A program made the translations under genes and the position numbers. Positions 12,926 to 25,638 of a stretch of DNA of 64,000 nucleotides are shown here, piece after piece. Position 1 is the stretch's first letter. Each line of letters begins with the position of its first letter. The DNA lies in assembly GCF_038025025.1 (NCBI RefSeq), contig NW_027117343.1:1426001-1490000 (forward strand). The letters are read 5' to 3'. This DNA comes from Phyllosticta citribraziliensis. Its lineage: Eukaryota. The notes under the pieces were generated by a model, which made no database searches, had not been told where the DNA came from, and worked only from the letters and a program-made list of their open reading frames with translations.

Positions 12926-13783
12926 ATGCTCTCCGCCATCCAACACGCTCTACCACCGTCGCCGCATCTTTCCAGCAACCCAGCTTGGCAGCCCTCAGGC
13001 ATGCTCGGCACTCCATCTCCCACAGCACCCGGCCATTCACAGACAAAGAACTCCCCCCATCGCACACGGCTCGACGGCCTCGTCTCCATCTTGTCCCGTC
13101 TACCCCTTCTCCTGATTCTCCGCTTTCTACCTGCCTGTCTGCCTTCCTACGCTACAAATGCTCGCGCTCACGCCGTCCCAGTCTACCTCGCCTTATCTTG
13201 CCCCAAGCTGCCTCCCCTCTCCTTGACGCCTCCCATCGTCCTCCCCAGCAGCAGCCTGCCTGACCCGCTCGTTCATCATGACGCCGCCATCCACAACGCT
13301 CGCCGCGCTGCCCAGCCAGCCAGCCACGTGCGTGCAGCGCGCCGTGCCGTCGGCGCCACGCCACCTTGCGCGCAAACGCATCTCCGCTTTGCCTTTACCT
13401 TTCCCATTGCCACCGTGTCTTTGTCGTGCCGCCGCCTAGATCCGTCGTCTGACTGCCCTGCCCGTCTCTCGTCCGCCGTCTCTGGTCATTCGTCATTTGC
13501 CTCCGTCCCGCTTCTGCGCTTCCCCTTCCCCCTCCTTCTCTTCCTTTGTTGCCTCGCTTTGTGGTGTCTTTGTGCTGCGCGGTGCTGTCTTTGTGCTGCG
13601 CTGATCGGCGAACGGGAGGGGCGTGCTTTGGCCAGGGGCTGGAGGCAGCGGATGCGCGGGGCGGCGCTTGCTTTTCTGATGGGTTGGTTGCTTGAGGTGG
13701 TGCCGGGGTTGGGAGTGGTGTGTTGCTTGAGCGGGGTTGGGGTTGTGGGGAATGTGGGCGTGTGGATGGTAGGATGGACCTAG
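12926..13783 (+). CDS. Possible orphan hydrophobic protein (285 aa, intronless); may be non-coding
   Basis: Uninterrupted ATG-initiated ORF filling the RPS9-NVJ2 gap, with hydrophobic C-terminal stretches; no recognisable motif. Confidence 0.3.
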   Translation: MLSAIQHALPPSPHLSSNPAWQPSGMLGTPSPTAPGHSQTKNSPHRTRLDGLVSILSRLPLLLILRFLPACLPSYATNARAHAVPVYLALSCPKLPPLSLTPPIVLPSSSLPDPLVHHDAAIHNARRAAQPASHVRAARRAVGATPPCAQTHLRFAFTFPIATVSLSCRRLDPSSDCPARLSSAVSGHSSFASVPLLRFPFPLLLFLCCLALWCLCAARCCLCAALIGEREGRALARGWRQRMRGAALAFLMGWLLEVVPGLGVVCCLSGVGVVGNVGVWMVGWT

Positions 13784-14036
13784 TCGAGATCAAAATCGCT
13801 GTCTTGGGAGATGTAGTTGTCGGGGGACAAGAACATCGGAGGAATTGTTTGATAAGGGGAATTAGCAGCTTCCGAAAACCCTTTTGTCCAACAGAAGAAC
13901 AGTGTGGATTTCGTGTGCCCCATCCAGTCTCCCTCCTTCAGGGTATCTTCGTCATTCCAGGCCTCGCCTTGATTGCCAACCCATGAGTTTCTCTACTTAG
14001 GTGACGACAATAGTACAACATCATATCTAAAAACAT

Positions 14037-16632
14037 TCACACCTTCGGAGCTTCTTCCACCTCGTCTTCTCCGGCAGGCGGACTCGAAGGTACAACTTTT
14101 CTTCTGATTAACATTGATTGCGAGCGCTGGAAACCGGGATCTGCACTGGATGACAAAGTGGCTTGGGATTCCACGTCCTTTTCGTTGTTTGGAGACTCAC
14201 TTTCCCTGATTGTTGGGATTCGTGAGGTAGGCGCAACGTCATCGAAGTTGAATTCAGGAACTTCTGCTTGGTCTTCTGGTTCGTCTTGACCAGAGAAATC
14301 CTTCGAAGAAACTGATTCCGGTGACGATCCGAGCTCAGGCGGCAATGACTGTGTGTTTCCGAGTGAAGCTTGACGTGCAGAGATCCATTTTTTTGCAGCT
14401 GTGGCAGCCGTGTTGAAAGAAGTATTCAGCATTTGTCTCTTCTCCGAAAATGGAGTTTTCCTCGTAGGGGTTACCCTGTCCGAATCGAAACTGGATGGCG
14501 TAGATGAGCCCGAGAGCGAAAAGCGTGTTGGCGTTGTTCTGTTGCTCATTTCCACTCCTCGAACCGAGACACTCTCACGAGGAAGGATTTCAGCTCTCAA
14601 CTGTGTCTCTTCCTCGTTCAGCGTGATATTAGACTTCAAGCGGTCTGGAACAATGTTTTCCTCGTCGTAATCTGGATTGGAATTCGCATGCGATGCGTAC
14701 TCAGCCGAGGACGAAGAAGGAGAGGCTGACTGTGAAATCGAGGACAAATCTTTCACAGCTGAAAATGCCTCGTGCGGGGATTGATTCAGTAGAGGCTGTT
14801 GGGAGTCGACCGTGGCCATGACAGTGTTGACCACTGGTTGAGCAATGGTGGAAAATGAACCAGACCTCATAGATTTCGGCTTGATTGGAGAATCGCGAGG
14901 GTCCACGCCCGCGGCCCCATGTATTCTCGTTTCACTTTTGCTACTCATGGTAGTCATGGTTCTGGCCATCCTTTGTGATGTGCCATTGTTTCTGAGGGCA
15001 TGCCCAAGATTGGGCATGCTCATGGTCTTCTCCTGACTGCTGGGATAATCTGTTCCGCTGCCCTTCTTCGTGTCTTTTCGGACATTCAAGGGGTTGTCCT
15101 CTTTCGAATTGGACATGGAATCTGTCGGTGTATCGTCTTGGGTGCTTGTCTCTGCGGTCTGCCACAGTCCGCCTCTTACATCGTCAAGGAATGTGTCGTA
15201 GAACGGCATATCGTCCCAATTTGGCATGACCAAAGTCTCAGCGATGACTTCTCGAATTCTGTTTTCGATAGCGCGGAGGATAACACCATAAGTAATTTGA
15301 CGCGAGCTAACGACAGGCTCAACCGCCATTTCCAGGGTCGGTGGATTCTCGAAGGTAATCCAGAGTCTGTTGCTCGGAGGTGGTTTGATGCGTATGAGGA
15401 CATGACCTTCCAGCTTTTTGAGAATGCTGGCAAGAACCATGTTCACATAACGAGGCTTGATGCGAGCACCCAAGTCGATTCGAGCCACGGCCATGATGTC
15501 CAGCCGGAAATTGCCGCAGTATGTTACATCTGCCTCTGCTGTCAAGTCCCCATCGAGTTTTAATTCCCGTAGTCTCGGATTCTTAACAAGAGGTGCGCTG
15601 TCGCCCATATCGATGCTCCGAATGCTAATGCTTTCTATGAAAGCTGGCTTGGCAACCCGCCCAATCTTTTTGGTGATCTTCTCTCGTATGAAGTTTTCCA
15701 CGACAGAGGTGCGGTACATCGCCAGAAAAAGTCTTCCGACGAGAGCGTTAGCCCAGCGTGTTTGCAGATTGTCTTCAGAGCTGTGGAGTTGTTGCACGAG
15801 CTTGGTCATATGGCCTTGTTCGAAGCCGATGGGCAACATCCCGTTCTGACCCTTATGGTGGCCATGGTTACGTAGCAAGGCGAAGTAGAAATCCTCTTTC
15901 GCGGAGCAGTTGTCGGAAAAGAAGTAGAAAGACCGGGATTCCGATTGCAGCTCTGCATCGGACTTGATCGGCCTTAGACGAATACAGTTCCGTTTTATCC
16001 AGAGCTCGCCTTCTGGAATGGAATTGCCACCGGCATAAATGTCTATCGCTCGATCAGCTAGAGATATCACATGCCGTACTTCGATCTCGTCAGCGTCGTC
16101 AAAAAGGATCAAGCGACCGTGTCTAATATGTAATGAGTTAAGCTGGCTTTTAAAGTTGACAGTGGCAGACAGACCTGAGAACAACATAGAAGAAATTTGA
16201 GTTTGCTCTGGCGCGACTGGTTGTCGTATTGGTTCCCATGCTTGATGCTTGTGACTTGTTCCGGTTCACGATGCTTCTGTACATGCTCTGGTAGACACTC
16301 AGACTCTCGGGACCTGAGTTTGGGCGGGTTGACGTTGTCCGCTCCAGTGGCTTCCCATTCATGACTCCAGGTGTGTATTCTCGACATACTGCGAAGTAGC
16401 CAGCGGCGAAGTGGGGCTCTGGAAGTTGGCTCTCATCACGGTAGACTTTGCGAGGGTCTTCCTCGTCGGTGGTGATTCTGGCAGAGCGTCTTTTTGGAAG
16501 CACTATATCGCGGTCCGTCTCTGTTTTTTGAGAGGTAAACACGACATAGCTCAAGACTATCACAAGACAGAGAGGTAGGAAAGTCAGTCCGCCGATCAGG
16601 TAAACAAGAAGATAGGTTGTGGCGGAGGTCAT
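14037..16632 (-). CDS. NVJ2: Nvj2-like membrane-contact protein (TM + PH + SMP/DUF2404)
   Basis: N-terminal YLIGGLTFLPL TM; AAGYFAVCREY; VVLRHGRLILFDD PH-like region; SMP signatures RWANALVGRLFL, KPPPSNRLWITF, ETLVMPNWDDMPF; 1 intron near 16122-16175. Confidence 0.9.
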
Positions 16633-17305
16633 TTCCAGGTTGTCAGATTGGCCAACCGCTTGGAATCAAAAGCGGAGAAAGGCTTCAGGCGAGTACCATG
16701 GCTTCGAGGCACCTGGTTTGGTTTGTCTGAGAAGTTCGAGCAGGGGAGCCCGTAGACGTGGGTAATCAGGCAACTGTGCAGCTTCGGATGCGTGCACTGG
16801 TGGAAAGACCTGCAGGGAAGCGCGTATGCAGGCGGGCATGTGTATGCAGATGCGAGGACATGAGGTGTCTGGGCTGGAAGTTGATGATCGTGTCTGATGG
16901 ATAAAGTACTAAGTCGTGGAAACTTGGATGAGGTTGGGAGGCACATGGACATGGCGCAGGGTTCCGGGCTCCCCCCGCTTCCGGTAGGGCCATGGAATGT
17001 AGGTTTTTCCGACCGGAAGAGACGTCACTCGGTTCATCACCGCGACTGTAATGCGATGCATGGCATTGACTTTTGATTAATCATTCATCGCACTATGTAC
17101 TCATTGCTCTGCATTGCTCATTCCGACGCTAATCAAGAAGAAAAAGAAGAAGAACGCCTTTTATGCTGAAGTTACTGGGGGGAAGGGGTATGGTCGTTGC
17201 CCTTGAGGAAACTCAGCCTTCCTACCAACGATTCCCAAATCCTGCGCTTTCGAAACTAACTCTTCGATATCAATGACACTTGGAATTTGACCGCCCGCTC
17301 AGCTT

Positions 17306-19225
17306 TCATTGTTCCGGACCATCGGAGTCATCATCCCAGTGGCTGGTGACCAAAGGCCAGGAAGTCTCCGGCAACTGGAAGTCGATGCTGTCCACGGCGG
17401 TAAAATCGGGAATTCCATCGATATCGAAGATGTTCAAGCCCTCATGGTCAGGATTGAAGAATTCTGCGTAGGGAAATGTGGAAGATGTGTCCATGAGCTG
17501 CAAAGCGCAGTCAAGCCAGGCGTTTTGCGTGTCCTCGCCCCGAGTCGGACGCAAAACCGAGCTTGCCATCGATTCGCCTTGGGTGCGCGTCGAAGCAGGA
17601 TAATAGTTCAGGATTTCGTGGGGATGCTGCGAGTTGATCGAGACGGCAAGAAGATCTGGGTCGGCGAGGCTGGCTCGTTGCATCACGCAGCTATTTGGAT
17701 CCGGGTTCGAGATAGAATCATCCACGTGTGGCGAGTACATATCGGGGTGGACCGGTTGAACATTGGCCCCATACATGTAAGTCAGCATCTGCTGGTGAGT
17801 CATGGGACCTCCAGTCAGCAGGCCTCCGTTACCACCATTGGCAGCGGTAGCATGTTGGTGAATGATAGCCATCAGAGCCTGGTCGGTGGGCTGCGCTGCC
17901 ACATTACTGCCTGGTGTAGGTCCAGAAGCTCCATTGGCGCTGATTGTTTGAGGAGCTGGTGGCATCGATGCATTGCTTGCTTGCTGACCGACCGCAGAAC
18001 TAGAGTTGGTGCCAGCCGCTGATTGCTGCGAGCTGCTGCCAAGATCCATCGCGTTGTTCTGTGTAGCTGCACCTTGAGTACCCTCGCCGGCCTGAGACAG
18101 CGAAGCGGAAGTTGTCATCGAAGTCGTTTGCGCTGTGCTGGGGGCGGCAGGCCCGGAGAAGTTGGGCGCATGCGGCTCTCCAAGATCGGAATTTGCAGGT
18201 GCTTGGGAGTTGGCACTCGAGCTGGAGTTTGTGGAGTGGAAGATTGAAGAGGGAATAAATCCAGGACCCGTGGTCGATGTAGAATGATGGACAGGCTGCG
18301 CGGCCATCGTAAGGTGAGATGTCGAGGTGTTGTTCGAGGCTGAAGGCGTATCAATGGTAGGTACGCCGTATCCCGAGTTGCGGACGAAGTCGATTACGTC
18401 CTGGACTGACTTTGTGGTTGTGCGAAAGCTGGCAGGAAAGCTCTCGAAATTCGGCGTGAACACTCGCCTAAGCGAGGTCTTGCCATCGTCCGTCACGAGC
18501 TCCCAGCCCAAGGTTGTCAGGTATGCATCGCGAGCGAGGATGTCGATGTGAGGGCAGGCAAGCTCCAGGAATCTGTCAAGCGGAGCAGAGTCTTTGCCCA
18601 CTTCATCCCGAATGATCGACCATGCCTTGGCAATGATGCTCCACTTCGCTTTGGTTTCCTCGTCGGCCCACATCGTCTTCATGAAACCTGAGCGCTCCTT
18701 CTGCTCAAAAGAGTGGAAAATCGGATTGTAGTAAACTACACGTTGTCAGTCAAGCCTCGAAACCGTTTCTCGACCAGATCACCAACCTCGAAACGCCATG
18801 AAAGAGTTGAGAGCCCGCAGAGGGCTTGCCTGCACAGCGTCTGTCTGTTGCGGAGCTTGGGTGGACGAAGAGCTCAGTGTAACATGCTGGATGGTGGCCA
18901 TGCCCTTAGAGATAGGATTCGACTGCGACGTTGACAAGGCCTTTGCCTGGGCACTTGAGGGGATCTGCTTTGTCGAGGATGCAGGCGTCATGTAGGGCGA
19001 CTGCGAAGTTGATGAAGTTGCCGCTTGGGGAGAATTTGAGTTTGAGGAAGAAAGCGTCGAGTGCGCGCCGCCTGCGGTGGTCGGATCGCCTGCGGCGACC
19101 ACAGCGGCGACCGTCCGCTTGCTTTCGATGCCCTTGAGCGAGGAAACAAGCTGGTTGATTTGAGCTTGGGAGCACGCAGCCAGGTACGACTTGATGTGAG
19201 GAGGGAGGTTTGCAGCGACAGCCAT
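17306..19225 (-). CDS. MAT1-1-1: Mating-type alpha-box transcription factor MAT1-1-1 (about 622 aa as modelled)
   Basis: Alpha box RALNSFMAFR|VYYNPIFHSFEQKERSGFMKTMW..KAKWSIIAKAWSIIRD, split by a 51-nt GT-AG intron (18736-18786) at the conserved position; lies near APN2. Confidence 0.95.
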
Positions 19226-19803
19226 TTTGCAGTTGAGGAGCAAGCTGGGTCTTAGAAGAGAAGGAGTCGGAGGAGCAAAGATGGTGGAGGTAGCTGGTGT
19301 TTCGGGTGAGCTGAGACAAAGAAGATTGTTTTGATGAGGATGCAGGCGGACGGTGTAGGTTGGGCGATAGGGCAAGCTTTCATTGTGCGCCAAAAGGAGG
19401 GTGGCTGGTCAGAACAAAGGAGCTTCACTTTACTTCACATTCGGTTTTTTTGTGTGACATCATGGGATGTGAAAATAGTTGATAGACTACAGACTTACAA
19501 CTAGCAGGTGGCTATTTTCTGCGAGACTCTTATCTTAGACATGGCCATTCAAGCGCCCGCCTTTGGCCCTCTGTCACCTCAACATCTTCAATGACGTCCT
19601 CCGCCTTTACAACACATGCAGTTTCGCAGTCTTGGCGACATTTCCGCATTCGCACACTTACCACGCGCGCATAATCACCCCACGAACTTTGACCAGCGAA
19701 GGCGGCCCACTGAAAACGCTTGGTTTTTTCTTCCTCCGATCGACATCTGCGTTGGGACCTGGCACCTGGAGATCAACCTTCGCCCGTCACACCCTTTCAA
19801 GTC

Positions 19804-21225
19804 ATGGACCTTTGGAACCCACAAGCGCCTCTTTTAGAACGAGTCAGGAAACACCCAAAGCTCAGGATTGAAAACCCCGAGGCTGCGATTGTGGCTTCTG
19901 GGCTTACCGGCACACAAGGCAAGACCAAAATTGATCTCCTGTCCTGACCGAGCTGACAGTTCCAGACACTTTAATTCTTGGTTCCGACGCACACCTTTTG
20001 GACGTGATTCAAGACTTCGAGACATTACGAAATCAGTACATCCTCGATTTTGGAAAGCCCACAAGCAGTGAATTCGAGCCCACTGTTGATAAATTGATCG
20101 CAGAATGCCGAAGACTACTGGAGTCTTCCAGCCTAATCAAGGACGACAACACTCGCCAGCGGTTTTTTGCGACTGTCAAAAAATTGGCAACGGACATCAT
20201 CCACTTGACGTCCGTCAAAGAAAAAGTCCACGACACCGTGGAAAGAATAAGAGAAGGAGAACGTGTGAACAAAGCCAGGACTGGGTTCATCAAGGACCTG
20301 CCGCGCTGGAATCAGTTTCTTGACAAGAATGCACCTGGAGCCAGCATCCTTCTTTTACAAATAAGGCGTCTCCTTCATCAAAAGCGTGATGCTTATCAAG
20401 TCATCCCTCGAGGCGGTATCAAAATCCTCCAATTCTGGGACGAGCGTCTGTGGGAATTGATCCAAGCAATCGATTCAGTACGTCCAACCCACGACTCCCC
20501 ACAGCCCAAGCTAACACACCCACAGCTACGCCCGCAATCAGTCTCGCTCTGGCACAAGGTACGTCCACCCCTCTCCCCTCGCGCAAGACGCCTCGCGGCA
20601 CCGCCGCAGCGCAAGCAGCCAAAAGCGCAAGCGCGGCCGCAGAAAGGCAAACGCGCTAACGAGCAAACGCAGCGCATCGAATGGGGCCACCCCAGCATGC
20701 ACCGCCTCAACTTTGGCCTGCGCACCTTCGAGCCCATGACCTTTGAGCCCAGCCCGTGGAACAAGGTACGTGCCGTCGTCGTGTGTGTCGAGCGCTGCCT
20801 CGCTCCCCGTCCTGTCCTGTCACGCCACGCCCTCCCTCCGCTTCTTCCCTTCCCCGAACCCGCGCTCCCGCCCCAGCTAACGCGCCTCCTCTTCCTCGCA
20901 GCTCGACCACGCGACGCACACGTTCCGCGACGTCTCGCGCTTCGACCGCCGGCTGGGCGCGCTGATGCCGCGCGTCAGCGGCCGCGAGGGCGCGTTTGCG
21001 CCGCCCGACCACGACGACGCCGGCGACGACGACGCCTTCGACGCCGTGCTCACGCAGCGCTTCGTCAAGCGCGAGAACAAGGAGGCCGAGCGGCAGAAGA
21101 AGCTGGACAAGGAGCGGCGGAGGAAGATGCAGGTCATCCAGGGCGCAGGGCCGCAGCAGCAGCAGCAGCAGCAACAAGGCGAGAGCTCGGGGTCCGCGGC
21201 GGCGGCGGCGTCTTCGTCGTCATAG
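19804..21225 (+). CDS. MAT1-1 accessory gene (positional equivalent of MAT1-1-4/-5/-8), 5 exons, about 358 aa
   Basis: Exons 19804-19918, 19966-20477, 20526-20558, 20673-20765 and 20902-21225 total 1077 nt in frame. Introns have CTAAC/CTGAC branch points. Divergent from MAT1-1-1, between it and APN2; contains IEWGHPS..FEPSPWNK. Confidence 0.75.
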
Positions 21226-22257
21226 CATGGTGGCGGCGGGCGGGCCGGCTTCCTACGCTGCGGCGGCCGGCGGAGAGGCGGACACTTTCTTCAAGAAGAG
21301 CGGGAGACATGGCGGCGCGGTGGCTGCAGGGCGCGCGCAGCGGACGAGAGGGGCGGCGCAAAAAGACGGCGGAAAGAAGACGGACGCGCAATCTCTTCTC
21401 TCGTATCTTCTTTCTTATACACAAGCTACGCCGGGGGCAGCGGGAGGGCTACGGATATGCGCAGAGCAGGGCAGACATATGACGGCTGGACTGACGGGTG
21501 GCACGTGTGGGGGAAAAAGCTACATAGGATTTCGTTTAGGGAGGCGCCTGATTTATGAGCATCGCGACGCTGACGTCTTTAATGGTGCAAGCGACGACGA
21601 GCGCGGTGGATCTTGTGATGCATGCGATGAAAGTGCTGCCGGCTCGAGCTGCTACAGTTCGCGGGTTGAGTTGCTAGGTCTGCGCAACACTGAACAAACG
21701 GCAGATATGCACACCGTGCAGTGCGTGTTGCAGACAAATGCCACACCAGCCATGCCCTGCTACATCGCGGTCATGATAGCAACGCAGTGTGTCTGCTTTC
21801 CACGTGGCCGTGTCTCTTTTGTCCTGCCTTGGCTCGCTGGCCCGTTGTCTTGATTCATCCATCCGCCTGTGTCTCCTCTCGTGTTTGTCGCATCTCACTG
21901 AAAGAACAAGACACGGCAAACCCCTCGAGCAAACAACCGCCCGCCAATCGTACATTCGCTGACACAGAATCCTCCCCGCTCTTTGCAGAAGCGAGAATCA
22001 GACCAGCAAGAGGACCATGGCGATGAAATGTTTCGTTGGCCGTGGACGAAACTTCTGCCGATGTAAGGCAAGACAGTCTCGAGAAGGATCAGCACAAGAC
22101 ATGGCTGTGATGTGTGACATGCGGCGGGATTGGCAGAAGCCAGCGACGGTGGCGTCGATATGCTGGGAAGCGACATGGCCAGGTCCGATGAGCGCAGGAA
22201 GATGTCCTCTACTCGTCCTTTTCCTGCAAAATGCGTTGCGGCATTGAACGCTCGCCC

Positions 22258-24538
22258 TCACGACGCTGCAGTGGACCCGTTCCAATCACTCGCCCAGATA
22301 AAAGTAGGGCAGCGCCATTCTGTTCCTTTTTCTTTGGAACCACTAGGGCCAATGGGTCTGCAAAAGCAAAGAGTTAGCACGCAGGATCCTCGACATGACC
22401 GCGTTCTGGAAGAGGTCGATGGATGGGGGCTGGTCATGAAGCGTTCACGTCACCAAGACGCTTCAAATGGAAAGATGTAGTAGCAGATGCGTGGCAGCAT
22501 GGCGAGAAGCCGTCATGCCATCAACCAAACAGCTGAACGTGCTCTTACCTCGGACAAATCCAGAACGCCCTGCCACAATTGACGCCGCTCTTCTTGGTCG
22601 TGAGGCTGATGCAGAACTCGCCGTGGTCTTCGCAGCGCGGCGGATCGCGTTTGGCAAAGAGCCGCGACCAAGTCTCTCTCGAATCTGGAATGTCTCGGAA
22701 TTCTTCCAACGCAACAAACGAGTCGGGGGCTGATTTGATTGCGGTAAAGCGGTCATCTCCCGCGACCTCCATCTTTTCACTGTTGCTTGGAGAGCGTGCG
22801 GTCCTGCCATTGTGGGTTTCCGTTTGTGACGCCGCCCCTTGAGATGAATTGTCCTTGGGAGACGGACTTCCCTTGTCCGGATGCGAATTGACAGGCGTCA
22901 TTTGTCGTTCTTCCGATTGAGACATCTTTTCTGTTGGAGTATTTTTCAAGCCAGGCGAATTGGTAGCGTTGCCTTTACTCCGTGCAGCCGGTTTGAGAAA
23001 GCCAGCCAACGACTGCTGACCCTTTGCGGGATTCGTCTTGGACGAGGGGCCAAGCTTTTGCCGTTTTGTGGATTTGGTGGTAGAGCCTCCCGCGGTTCGT
23101 TTCTTGTCGGGGCTTTTCATGGGCTCCGGGGGCGGCGCCTTTCGTTCGGACGATTGCGGTGCCTGATTCGAAACTCCCAACGCGGAGCTTGGTTCGGGCT
23201 GGGTGGAGCGCTGAATGTCCTGCGACCCATTCGAAGAAGTCGTTGAATGGTTTGCTGCAGAATTGGATGCACCTGAAGAAGCAGCGGATGCCGGCGCCTT
23301 GCGTGTAAACATGTCCTTGATGCTTCTCCGGCGGTCAAACTCTGGAAGCAGCCGTCCACACAGCGCAGGCAAACTCTTGAAGCTCCATTCGAGTTTCCTC
23401 TGGCCGTCTTGGAACGTTCCGGGAGGATTCATAAGCTCTGACAAATCGTATTCGTCACCCTTGAATGTGACACGATCTTTGAGCATGACATACACCGGAC
23501 AATGATCAGAGCCCTAGAAAAGTCAGAAATGGTTGAGGACTAGGAGTGCTTCGACAAACCATGAGGCCCTCCTGAATGTTGGCGTCGCAGACCCAATCCT
23601 TCATTGCGATGCTGCAGAGAACATAATCGATCCGGGAGCCAAAATTCCCCGGCCGAGCATTGATCTTTTGTTCCCAATGCGTGTACATGCCCTTGCGCGT
23701 AGGATGAAATTCTCGGCACGAATCCCACAGCACCGGCTGCTCCCGTCCTTCGTCTCGACCGCCCACCACTTCGCCATTTGCAAGCAGCTGGTTGAAAAGA
23801 CGTCGGTTGGGCGACGACACGTACTCTTCGTGCGTGATGCCCTCCTTCTTGAGCGTCTCTTCTGCATTCGCCGTGTCCAGTTCTTGCCGAGAGACATTGA
23901 GGTCGCCCGTCAGGATGACATTCTTGCCCAGCGCGTTCAGATTGCGTATTCGCGCATCCAACGCGCAGAGGAACCCGTAGCGGAAATCGTCTCTCATCCC
24001 GTTCGAATTGGCCGGGCTGTAGACGCCCAGGATGACAAAGGCCGGGAATTCGAGCACGACGCAGCGGCCTTCGGCGTCCAGCGCGGCAGGGTCGACACCG
24101 GCGGCGGCAATCTGTTCCTCGGTTGGATATCCGCCAATGGCTTGGTCGGCGGGCAGGTTGCGGTAGGACGTGGAGGATCCGGGAGGACAGAGGACGCCGA
24201 GCACGCCTTCTTCGGCGCGGATGGGCACGCAGGCAGACTGGCGCGTGTAGATGGCTACACCGGAGTACCCTGAGACTGTCAGCAGCCGTCGTCCCAAAGA
24301 AAGCGGCAGCACGCGCACCTTTTTTGTGTTTTGGCAGGCTGAAGTAGCAATCCCAGCCTGGCACCAAGACCATGTCGTCGGTGAGGTCCTTGCGCTGAAT
24401 CTTCAGCTCCTGCATGATGACAATGTCGGCCTCGAGGAGATCGAACATGGCGTCGAAGGACCGCTTGTCGCGCCACGGCTGGTAGCCAAAAGGATTGCGG
24501 ATGCCATTGACGTTCCACGTGGTTATCCGTAGTGGCAT
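22258..24538 (-). CDS. APN2: AP endonuclease / DNA lyase Apn2 with C-terminal GRF zinc finger
   Basis: LRITTWNVNGIR, MQELKI, GYSGVAIY, GDLNV, YTHWEQKINARPGNFGSRIDY, GSDHCPV; CEDHGEFC..GRAFWICPRPIGP..WRCPTFIWASD. Confidence 0.96.
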
Positions 24539-24853
24539 GGTGATGGTGAGGGATGCGCCCGAGGGTGCAGACCGCTCGCGAGCAGACAGGGGACGAGGTA
24601 GGGCATGGATGAGCGTGTAGCGGTAGAGTGAGGTGTGAGATGGAAATACCTCTAGCATTTGATGACGCTGTAGTCCATGGTAGGTACTCAGCCCTGCGGG
24701 CCGGCGGGCGTCAGCGCACGGGCCGCTCATTGCCGATGGCGCCGAGCGGTGGGCTGACGAACTTCAACGTCGAGCAGCCAACCCTCGTTGCATCCATTAC
24801 CAACCACCACGCCCGATTGCAGTCTCTCCACTCCGCCTCCAACCTCGCCCGCC

Positions 24854-25638
24854 ATGTTCCCCCAGCGTGCCATTGCCCGCGCTTCGCCGCTGCTGCGCGC
24901 CGCCTTCCGCCGCCCCTACTCCGCCCAGGCCGGCGAGTCTGGCTTCACAGGAGCTGCCGACAATGCCTTTAACCGCGAGCGCGCCGCCGTCAAGCACCAC
25001 GCCGCCGAGAGCAGCGGTACGTAGTCTGGCCTGAATGCGAGAGTGTCGAGATTGGAGAATCGTTGGCTGACGCATGGCATCGCAGAGCTCTGGCGCAAGC
25101 TCTCCATCTAGTGAGTCCACAACCCACCACCAACAAACCTCCGCTTCTACGCCAATCCAACCGTCAAAACTCCAAACTATCTCAAAAAACCGTGGTGGAC
25201 AAAGCGCATCCCAAAACACCACCGCCATTGCGCCACACAAGCAGAAGAGCTCAAACTAAGACTTTTACCTCGCAGCTTCGTCATCCCCTGCGTGATGCTC
25301 GGCGCCGCCAACGCATACAGGCTCTGGAACGAGCACTGGGAGCACGCCGCCCACGCGCCGCCCAAAGAGGAGCAGGTTGAGTACGACTACCAGAACCTCC
25401 GCACCAAGAACTACTTCTGGGGCGACGGCGACAAGGTGCGTTGAGGACCCCATCTTTCCATTTTCTCCTTCTTTCCTGCCTTGCCTTGGTTTCTTGCCGC
25501 ATGGACGCGAGCCAGGCCGAAATGCTCGCGCGGTCCTTTTTCTTTGCTTTGTTGCGCTTGAATAGACAGTGGTGCTGAGACTAGACCTCGCAGACCCTCT
25601 TCTGGAACGACAAGGTCAACTACCACAAGAAGGACTAG
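24854..25638 (+). CDS. COX13: Cytochrome c oxidase subunit VIa
   Basis: NAFNRERAAVKHHAAES, LWRKLSI, EYDYQNLRTKNYFWGDGDKTLFWNDKVN; 3 introns. Confidence 0.95.

Noticed and set aside
19998..21482. 494-aa ORF as a single-exon gene
   Set aside because: It reads through canonical introns (GTACGT..CTAAC..CAG); its Arg-rich tail is the wrong frame of exon 5.
21226..22257. Possible MAT1-2-1 or MAT1-1-3 HMG remnant between the accessory gene and APN2
   Set aside because: No PRPPN/YR-type HMG motif in the frames I read; a heavily decayed remnant cannot be excluded without tBLASTn.
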